A DNA stretch of 64,000 nt from a virus (lineage: Duplodnaviria; Caudoviricetes): positions 32,001 to 96,000 of IMG/VR virus record IMGVR_UViG_3300033076_000375; one strand, given 5' to 3'. Positions 56,833-64,000 of the stretch are shown piece after piece. The position numbers and the translations under genes are program-made. Within the stretch, counting starts at the first letter, position 1; every line of letters starts with the position of its first letter. The notes under the pieces were generated by a model. The model saw only the letters and a list, made by a program, of their open reading frames with translations, had not been told where the DNA came from and searched no databases.

Positions 56833-57930
56833 ATGTTAGATGCTATCAAACCATTACTTGAATCTGGTCTTATTAACGAAGAAACTTCTTCTGCTTTGAA
56901 TGAAGCATGGGAATCTAAGTTAAATGAAGCTAGAGAGCAAGTTCGTGCTGAACTACGTGAAGAATTTGCACAACGTTACGAGCATGATAAATCAGTTATG
57001 GTCGAAGCCCTAGATAAAATGGTATCAGAAGGTCTATCAGCAGAGATTGAAGAATTCAACGCTGAAAGACAAGCAATGAACGAAGACCGCGTTAAAGCTC
57101 AAGTAAAATTGCGTGAAAACGTTAGCAAGTTCAATGATTTCATGGTTAAACACCTATCAGAAGAAATCAAAGAACTACGTGCAGAACGTAAGCTACAGTT
57201 AGAAAGTCAGCAAAAGTTGGAACAATTCGTTGTTTCTGCTCTAGCACGTGAAATCAAAGAATTCTCACAAGACAAGCAAGCTGTTGTTGAAGCTAAGGTT
57301 AAGTTAGTTGCTGAAGGTCGTTCACAGTTACAAGCATTGAAGGCAAAATTTGTTGCTGAATCTGCTAAACGTGTAAACGAATCTGTTACTAAACATCTAA
57401 AAGGTGAAATGACCCAATTGAAAGAAGATATCCAGATTGCTCGTGCAAACGATTTCGGTCGCCGTATTTTCGAATCATTCGCAACAGAATTCTCTGCTAC
57501 TCACTTAAATGAAAAAGCCGAGACACGTAAGCTAATGTCTGCATTGGCTGAAAAAGAACAGCAATTAGCTGAGTCTATAAAACAAATCAACGAAGCTAAG
57601 AAGCTAGTTGAATCAAAAGAACGTGAAGTTCGTATTATCAAAGAATCTAATAGTCGTACAAAGACTATGGACGAATTGCTATCTACTCTAAATGAGGAAA
57701 AAGCAGTTGTAATGCGTAACTTACTAGAAAGCGTGCAAACACCAAAATTGCAAGCCGCTTTCGATAAGTATCTACCAGCAGTTCTCAATACCGCAGTTGA
57801 AAAGAAAGCTACAAAGCAAGTAATTTCTGAAAGCGTTAAAGAAGTAACTGGGGATAAAACTGCCATCAAACATGTTGAAGCCGAAGGACGTGATAACGTT
57901 ATCGACATTAGACGTTTGGCCGGGCTCTAA
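56833..57930 (+). CDS. gp22: prohead scaffolding protein
   Basis: Coiled-coil, E-rich, between protease and MCP; many LxE sites. Confidence 0.8.
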   Translation: MLDAIKPLLESGLINEETSSALNEAWESKLNEAREQVRAELREEFAQRYEHDKSVMVEALDKMVSEGLSAEIEEFNAERQAMNEDRVKAQVKLRENVSKFNDFMVKHLSEEIKELRAERKLQLESQQKLEQFVVSALAREIKEFSQDKQAVVEAKVKLVAEGRSQLQALKAKFVAESAKRVNESVTKHLKGEMTQLKEDIQIARANDFGRRIFESFATEFSATHLNEKAETRKLMSALAEKEQQLAESIKQINEAKKLVESKEREVRIIKESNSRTKTMDELLSTLNEEKAVVMRNLLESVQTPKLQAAFDKYLPAVLNTAVEKKATKQVISESVKEVTGDKTAIKHVEAEGRDNVIDIRRLAGL

Positions 57931-57960
57931 ACAAGACATAAAAATTAGGAGATTATAAAA

Positions 57961-59142
57961 ATGTCACAAGTTCTATTAGAAAGCCGTTGGGACGAGACCA
58001 AAGAAACCCTGCTAGAAGGTCTAAAAGGTACTCGCCGCTCAACTATGGGTGTTATCTTGGAAAACACTCGCAAGTCACTATTGGCTGAATCTGCAGCCGG
58101 TACAACTACTGCTGGTAACGTAGCAACACTAAACCGTGTTATTCTACCAGTTATCCGTCGTGTAATGCCAACAGTTATCGCTAACGAGTTGGTAGGCGTT
58201 CAGCCAATGACAGGTCCAGTTGGTCAGATCCACACACTACGTGTACGTTATGCAGAAACAGTTGCTGCTAACGGTGGTATCGTTGGTACGACAGCTGGTG
58301 AAGAAGCATTGTCACCATTCAAGATTGCTGAACAATATTCTTCAGCAACTAATGATGGTAAGGCTACATCTACAGCGTCATTAGAAGGCCAAGGCGGTCG
58401 TCAAATCAGCGTACAAATCTTGCGTCAAGCTGTTGAAGCTAAGTCACGTAAGTTGCAAGCACGTTGGACATTTGAAGCTGCTCAAGACGCTCAATCACAA
58501 CACGGTATTGACGTTGAAGCAGAAATTATGGCTGCTCTAGCACAAGAAATCACTGCTGAAATCGACCAAGAAATCTTGTTGTCTCTAGGTTCTTTAGCAA
58601 CGGTTGAAGATACATACAACCAAGCAAACGTAAGTGGTACAGCTACTTTCGTTGGTGACGAACACGCTGCTCTAGCTGTTCTAATCAACCGTGCTGCTAA
58701 CCGTATCGCTCAACGCACTCGCCGTGGCGCAGGTAACTGGGCTGTTGTTTCTCCAGCTGCATTGACAGTATTGCAATCTGCAACTACTTCTGCATTCGCT
58801 CGTACAACAGAAGGTACATTCGAAGCTCCAACAAACACTAAGTTAGTTGGTACATTGAACGGCGCTATGAAAGTTTATGTAAACTCATATGCAACTGACA
58901 ACGCTAACGTTCTAGTTGGTTACAAGGGTTCAAGCGAAACTGACGCTGCTGCGTTCTATTGCCCATACATCCCATTGATGTCATCTGGTGTTGTTCTAGA
59001 CCCAGCAACATTCGAACCAGTCGTATCATTTATGACTCGTTACGGTTATGTTGAGTTGACAAACACAGCATCATCATTCGGTAATGCTGCTGACTACTTG
59101 GCTGCTATCGGTATCAATAGCGACAACCTATCATTCTATTAA
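57961..59142 (+). CDS. gp23: major capsid protein
   Basis: VGVQPMTGP, AKSRKLQARWTFEAAQD, EITAEIDQEI, FYCPYIPL, FMTRYG. Confidence 0.95.
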   Translation: MSQVLLESRWDETKETLLEGLKGTRRSTMGVILENTRKSLLAESAAGTTTAGNVATLNRVILPVIRRVMPTVIANELVGVQPMTGPVGQIHTLRVRYAETVAANGGIVGTTAGEEALSPFKIAEQYSSATNDGKATSTASLEGQGGRQISVQILRQAVEAKSRKLQARWTFEAAQDAQSQHGIDVEAEIMAALAQEITAEIDQEILLSLGSLATVEDTYNQANVSGTATFVGDEHAALAVLINRAANRIAQRTRRGAGNWAVVSPAALTVLQSATTSAFARTTEGTFEAPTNTKLVGTLNGAMKVYVNSYATDNANVLVGYKGSSETDAAAFYCPYIPLMSSGVVLDPATFEPVVSFMTRYGYVELTNTASSFGNAADYLAAIGINSDNLSFY

Positions 59143-59185
59143 TCATAGGATAAACTTTTTACCCTCGGGATGGGAAGTTACAATT

Positions 59186-59209
59186 AAGCACTCTTCGGAG
59201 TGCTTTTTT
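59186..59209 (+). terminator. intrinsic terminator after MCP
   Basis: AAGCACTC-TTCG-GAGTGCTTTTTT. Confidence 0.88.
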
Positions 59210-59274
59210 GTTGCCTGGCATAAATAATAGTATGCACTTCTATATGAAGGCAAATTTTTAAAAGGAAAAACATC

Positions 59275-59532
59275 ATGGCACAAAATAATGCTAAAATTCA
59301 CGGTTTAACAGCTCCAGCAGCTTCTTTCGTAGGTAAAGACCTAATCTGGATCGCTAACGATTCTGACTTCAGCGATATCGCTGACCAAACAGCAGCTATT
59401 CAAGAAGTTCAACAAGTAGCTACAGTTATGATTATCGGTCAAGGTACTGCTGCAGGTTTAATCTTGGGCGTTGAAGGTAAAGTACCAAGCGGTTGGTCAC
59501 AAGTTGCTATCTCTGGTTTGACATTTGCTTAA
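59275..59532 (+). CDS. small putative capsid-associated protein
   Basis: 85 aa; own CATAAATA motif, AAGGA RBS and terminator; codon usage like the MCP gene. Confidence 0.6.
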   Translation: MAQNNAKIHGLTAPAASFVGKDLIWIANDSDFSDIADQTAAIQEVQQVATVMIIGQGTAAGLILGVEGKVPSGWSQVAISGLTFA

Positions 59533-59552
59533 TATCTAAGATAGTAAAAAAC

Positions 59553-59577
59553 AAAGCACACTTCGGTGTGCTTTTTT
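59553..59577 (+). terminator. intrinsic terminator
   Basis: AAAGCACAC-TTCG-GTGTGCTTTTTT. Confidence 0.88.
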
Positions 59578-59643
59578 AATGGCTGTACAGGTCTATTGTA
59601 CAACAAAGATAAATACTAGATAAAATAATATTTGGGACCATAC

Positions 59644-60333
59644 ATGGCAGTAGATGCATTCAATTCGGTAGGCGGTTATACAGTTGGTATTCCACCTATA
59701 CCTCTTGTTAATGAAACAGGAGACATTACTGCACCATCAGCAACTGTTAATCAATTAACAGTTAATGGTGATGCATACGTAAATGGAGTAATGAATGCAG
59801 ATACATTTCGTGGTAGCTTTGAGGGAGACATTGCTGGACAAATTACTTTAACTGGTGATGACACAGAAATTGTTTTCAATAAACAAGGACAGGCTGCAAC
59901 AGACCCCAACTTAACTTTTGATTATACTGCACACAAGCTAACAGTCAACGGTGGATTTAACGCAAACGCATTCACATTAGGAATTGGTTCAAACGAATTC
60001 TCTACTGCATCTGTTATGTTTGCGATTACTACTAGTTCATCTGCTGGTCAAGTGTTACACTTTCAGCCATCAACACAAATCTGCTCAGTTGATTATACAA
60101 TCATCGCAACAGATACTACATTAAACATTCGTCAAACAAGTAAATTATTTGCTAGTGTGTTGGGAACTGAAGTTGGATATTTTGAATACGGTACTATCGA
60201 TGTGCCACAGTCAAGTCCAGGTGTTGCGGATTTTAAAGTTGAATACGTATCGGGTAATGTTGCATTGACAGTTAAACCTATGACAGCAAATAGCACGACA
60301 TACAAAATTATGGTAACAAGTTATAAAGAATAA
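59644..60333 (+). CDS. virion fibre-like structural protein (paralog 1)
   Basis: MAVDAFNSVGGYTVG N-terminus; C-terminal domain shared with the next two genes; ATG 59644 preferred over TTG 59632. Confidence 0.6.
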   Translation: MAVDAFNSVGGYTVGIPPIPLVNETGDITAPSATVNQLTVNGDAYVNGVMNADTFRGSFEGDIAGQITLTGDDTEIVFNKQGQAATDPNLTFDYTAHKLTVNGGFNANAFTLGIGSNEFSTASVMFAITTSSSAGQVLHFQPSTQICSVDYTIIATDTTLNIRQTSKLFASVLGTEVGYFEYGTIDVPQSSPGVADFKVEYVSGNVALTVKPMTANSTTYKIMVTSYKE

Positions 60334-60344
60334 GGAAAAAAGAA

Positions 60345-62552
60345 ATGGCAATTAGAACCTTTAACTCGGTAGGTGGTTTTTCAGTAGGAGAGAATCCAGA
60401 AACAATCATTCTACCTAATGGTGATATCACAACTGACTTTGCTACGTTTACCTCAAACGTTGATGCGGGTAATGTTAGAACAGACCACTTGTTATATGCA
60501 AATGGTGTACCTTGGGACTTCCAAGAAGCAGCTGGTTCTGCGAATGGACAAGTTCAATACTATCTTGATGGTCAGTTTGGTGCATCAGCCAACTTCTCAT
60601 TCAACAGTACTACTAACTTATTGACGGTCACTGGTAATACTACTGTAACAAATACCTTAGCGACTGGTAACTTGCGCACAGATAATTTGCTATATGCAAA
60701 CGGTGTAGCGTGGGACTTACAAGAAGCAGCTGGTTCTGATACAGAGATTCAATTTAACACCGGTGATAACTTTGATTCAAGTTCTAACTTTACATTCAAT
60801 AAAGCCGATAACATATTAACTGTTACTGGAAACATTGAAACAGGTAATGTTCATGCTACTGGTATCGCAACTATCGACGGTAATGCATCAGTCGGTGGAA
60901 AATTAGATGTAACCGGTAACGTTACTGCACCTCGTTTTTACGGTAACTTAATCGGTAACGTTTCTGGTGGAAACTTTAACATCGGTGCAACTGACAAGAC
61001 TATTGCGTTTACTAAAGGTAGCAATTTATATTACAGTTCTAACTTGCAATTTGATTACACCTCAAATGTATTGACATTACTAGGTAACTTAGAAACATCA
61101 AATGCAACCTTAGGTAACTTAGCAACTGCTAACTTTTTTAATGGTAAATTTGATGCTACATCAAGCAGTCAGCCAAACATTCACACTGTTGGTTTACTGG
61201 ATTATCTAGATGTTGACACTACTATCACTGCTGCCACAGTTGAAACTGGTGACTTAAATGTTTCTGGAAATGTGACATCCCATTTAGTACCTAGTACTGA
61301 TAATACATACGATTTGGGTAGTTCACAGAGATACTGGCGCAATGCTTACATCGGCTCTAACGTATTCTTGAGTTCAACTGCATATTTCCGTGCAACTGGT
61401 TCTGTCATTTACACAGATGCAATGTATGCTGATAATAACATTTCTGCCGGGTCAATCACTGCACGTGGTGAAGCGTTGTTGCAAGGTGATGTAACTGTTT
61501 CAGGTAACTTAACAGTTGGTGGTACAACTACTTACATCAACGTAACTAACATGGATATCAAAGATCCATTGATTAGTCTAGGTGGTTCAGGTTCTGGTGC
61601 AAACGCAACATCATATGATGGTAAGGATCGTGGTCTAGTATTACGCAACTACAAATCAGATGGAACCGGTATACAGAATCAAGCACTTGTTTGGAGTTCA
61701 GCAAGTGAAGAATTCAGAGTGTTTGCAAACGTAACATCTATTGCGGGTGAAGTTGTTACAGGTGATGTGTATGCAAACATTCATGCAAATGTATTCAAGG
61801 GTAGTGTTCAGGGTAATATTTTAACTGCTGCACAACCTTACATTACTTCTTTGGGAACGTTAACTAACTTAACAATTAATGGTACATTGCAAGTTAACAC
61901 TCATGCAAACATTGCTTCATTAGAAGCAAGTGGTTTGCAGTACCCTACAGCAGACGGTACACAGCGTCAAGTATTAAGCACACATGGTAATGGTGCTTTG
62001 TATTTTGCAACGATTGATACATATCGTTTATCTAATGGTACAAGTAACGTTACTGTTGCAGGTCCAGGACCAGATTTCCCAGAAGATGTCGGTGGTTTAG
62101 TTTCTATCTCAGTCAAAGGTACTCCTGATGTAGTTGTTGTTGACTCAAACCAAGTTGATATTACTGGTAATTTAGTTGTATCTAATACTACGACTACTGA
62201 CAAATTAGTAGTTGCAAACAGTACTGTTGGTACTGCTATACTAACCACATCGGCTATTTCAGTTTACACACTGTTGGCATTGCCAGTATCTGATTTCAGA
62301 GCAGTTGAATACTTTATTAAAGGTGAAGATGCTACAGGTTATAAGTATAGCGTAGCGACAATCTCTGCTGTACACAATAGTGTAGATGCTGTTGAATATT
62401 CAACTTATGGTGCAGTACATGCAGGCTCTTCAACTGGTACATTTGATGTGGTATATGATACTACTGACCCTGACAATCATTTAATTAAATTGAAGGTGAC
62501 ACCGTCGTCTAGTAACTCAACTGACTGGACAGTACAATATAGAGTAATTTAA
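60345..62552 (+). CDS. virion fibre-like structural protein (paralog 2)
   Basis: MAIRTFNSVGGFSVG; duplicated LLYANGVxWDxQEAAGS; VxGNLTVxG repeats; shared C-terminal domain. Confidence 0.65.
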   Translation: MAIRTFNSVGGFSVGENPETIILPNGDITTDFATFTSNVDAGNVRTDHLLYANGVPWDFQEAAGSANGQVQYYLDGQFGASANFSFNSTTNLLTVTGNTTVTNTLATGNLRTDNLLYANGVAWDLQEAAGSDTEIQFNTGDNFDSSSNFTFNKADNILTVTGNIETGNVHATGIATIDGNASVGGKLDVTGNVTAPRFYGNLIGNVSGGNFNIGATDKTIAFTKGSNLYYSSNLQFDYTSNVLTLLGNLETSNATLGNLATANFFNGKFDATSSSQPNIHTVGLLDYLDVDTTITAATVETGDLNVSGNVTSHLVPSTDNTYDLGSSQRYWRNAYIGSNVFLSSTAYFRATGSVIYTDAMYADNNISAGSITARGEALLQGDVTVSGNLTVGGTTTYINVTNMDIKDPLISLGGSGSGANATSYDGKDRGLVLRNYKSDGTGIQNQALVWSSASEEFRVFANVTSIAGEVVTGDVYANIHANVFKGSVQGNILTAAQPYITSLGTLTNLTINGTLQVNTHANIASLEASGLQYPTADGTQRQVLSTHGNGALYFATIDTYRLSNGTSNVTVAGPGPDFPEDVGGLVSISVKGTPDVVVVDSNQVDITGNLVVSNTTTTDKLVVANSTVGTAILTTSAISVYTLLALPVSDFRAVEYFIKGEDATGYKYSVATISAVHNSVDAVEYSTYGAVHAGSSTGTFDVVYDTTDPDNHLIKLKVTPSSSNSTDWTVQYRVI

Positions 62553-62572
62553 TCGCTATATAGGAAAACGAT

Positions 62573-63934
62573 ATGGCAATTAAAAAGTTCAACGCAATCG
62601 CAGGTATCTCAGTGGGTGATGTAATCATCCATGAGGTCATTGACGATTCTGCAAGCGTTACCGCAAACAACTTAACAGTTTCTAACATCTCTGATTTAGG
62701 TGATGTTGGGAATGTAAAAGTTGCAGGCGGTACTGCTGGATTTGTATTACAAACAGACGGCACGGGTAACCTATCTTGGACTAACCCTGCTGACGTTGGC
62801 TGCGTAGGTTTTGATACTTACGTTCAGTTTAATGACATGGGTCTGTTTGGTGCTGATGCAAATTTCACATTCAATAAAGCTACTGGTCACTTATCTGCAC
62901 CGTACTTAGACGGTACACTAACTACACATGCGCAAGCAAACATTACAAGTGTAGGAACACTAACAAGTTTGAATGTTACTGGTTTAGTAACGTTATCATC
63001 AGTTGACAATTTAAGATTACCTGGTGGCTCTGCTGGTTATGTATTGACAACAAACGGTCAAGGTGAAGTTAATTGGGAACCGTCGTCAGGTGGTACTGTA
63101 ACTGAATCTGGGTTCATTGGTATCAATAAGAACAGATTTACCGCTGATGGCTCACAAACTATATTCAATCTAACATCTGATCCTATATCAGTTGATAACG
63201 TTGTTGTTAACATTGATGGTTTGGTTCAACAAGAACCAGCATATGATTTAGTCAACGGTGCTATTGTATTTGCCGAAGCCCCTGCTGAAGGTCAGTTCAT
63301 TGAAGTAACAATGTATCATACAGTGTCAGGTTCATCTGATCCTGGTTCTGTTCCTGCAACAGAAGTCATGTATGGTTCTGGTTCTGGGTTTGCAAGTGAT
63401 GCAGACTTCACTTATAATGCAGGTACTTCTACACTAGCTGCACCAAACGTTAATGTAACAAATGGTTACTTAACAGTTGGAACTGCACCAATTGCAGTGG
63501 TCAATGGAACAGCAGGTGCATTTAACACCGGTGTATCAAATGTTAATTTGGGTCTAACTAGTAACGTTACTATTGGCTCAACCTCAGGTACAGTTACATT
63601 ACGCGGTGCTTTACAAACTAGTAAAGTTACTAGTAGCAATCAAACAGTTCAAGTTGATGGATTAGCAGTTTTGGATTCGTTCGTGGCTACTGATTTTAGG
63701 TCAGCTAAATATATCATAAGAGCAAGTAGCGATTTAGGGTACCAAACAATAGAAGTATTGCTGGTACACGATGATGTCGATGCGTTTATTACAATTTACG
63801 GAGACATTTCAACTTCTGACTTTGATGTTGTTGAAATTACTTCTGAAATTTCAGCGGGCAACGTTGAATTGTATGCAACTTCAATCGCCGCCAACACAAC
63901 AGTAAAAATAATGGGGACTTACTTAGCCGACTAA
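62573..63934 (+). CDS. virion fibre-like structural protein (paralog 3)
   Basis: MAIKKFNAIAGISVG; GG.AG.VL.T.G.G...W repeats; FTADGSQTIF; FRSAKYII C-terminal domain. Confidence 0.65.
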   Translation: MAIKKFNAIAGISVGDVIIHEVIDDSASVTANNLTVSNISDLGDVGNVKVAGGTAGFVLQTDGTGNLSWTNPADVGCVGFDTYVQFNDMGLFGADANFTFNKATGHLSAPYLDGTLTTHAQANITSVGTLTSLNVTGLVTLSSVDNLRLPGGSAGYVLTTNGQGEVNWEPSSGGTVTESGFIGINKNRFTADGSQTIFNLTSDPISVDNVVVNIDGLVQQEPAYDLVNGAIVFAEAPAEGQFIEVTMYHTVSGSSDPGSVPATEVMYGSGSGFASDADFTYNAGTSTLAAPNVNVTNGYLTVGTAPIAVVNGTAGAFNTGVSNVNLGLTSNVTIGSTSGTVTLRGALQTSKVTSSNQTVQVDGLAVLDSFVATDFRSAKYIIRASSDLGYQTIEVLLVHDDVDAFITIYGDISTSDFDVVEITSEISAGNVELYATSIAANTTVKIMGTYLAD

Positions 63935-63948
63935 GCAAGTATAAACAA

Positions 63949-64000
63949 ATGGTAACAAAAAAGTTTAGTTCACGCAGTGGTATTAAAACAGGCAACGTAG
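63949..64000 (+). CDS. partial fourth fibre paralog (MVTKKFSSRSGIKTGNV...)
   Basis: N-terminus matches the MxxKxF...G..xG pattern of the three preceding genes; truncated by the window edge. Confidence 0.55.
   Translation, partial: MVTKKFSSRSGIKTGNV

Noticed and set aside
50918-58688. Minus-strand ORFs opposite tape-measure and head genes
   Set aside because: Antisense shadows of well-supported genes
1-64000. CRISPR array, diversity-generating retroelement, IS/homing endonuclease, intein or stop-codon recoding
   Set aside because: No regular repeat-spacer array, reverse transcriptase, transposase or intein motifs were seen; core genes are full-length under the standard code

Overview
This 64-kb window is from a large T4-superfamily myovirus. 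Gene order and the major capsid protein motif (LNRVILPVIRRVMPTVIANELVGVQPMTGPVGQIHTLRVRY) most resemble Rak2/GAP32/Atu_ph07-type jumbo phages. The host is probably a Gram-negative proteobacterium, judged from the outer-membrane beta-barrel gene and the ANDEIFALAA tmRNA tag. Left to right: (1) an accessory region (1-3.8 kb) with an OM beta-barrel gene, small Cys-rich ORFs and a circularly permuted two-piece tmRNA gene; (2) a glycosyltransferase-like cluster interrupted by an inverted four-gene cassette of two twitch/SPASM radical SAM enzymes, a GT9-like glycosyltransferase and a B12-dependent radical SAM enzyme (3.8-13.7 kb); (3) a minus-strand baseplate/tail module with a 5394-aa giant and gp6, gp25, gp5, gp53 and gp48/54-like genes (13.7-44.4 kb); (4) gp55 late sigma, gp47/gp46 and a Holliday junction resolvase; (5) a ~550-nt non-coding, densely structured region (candidate large ncRNA plus origin-like elements); (6) a gp26-like/gp51-like pair apparently joined by a programmed -1 frameshift; (7) a tape-measure-like protein with an M15 peptidase motif; (8) the head module gp20/gp21/gp22/gp23 and paralogous fibre-like genes. 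The strongest leads are the -1 frameshift, the unexplained structured RNA/origin locus, the permuted tmRNA, the radical-SAM/GT cassette and systematic leaderless late transcripts. All calls come from manual motif recognition; no searches or folding were run.
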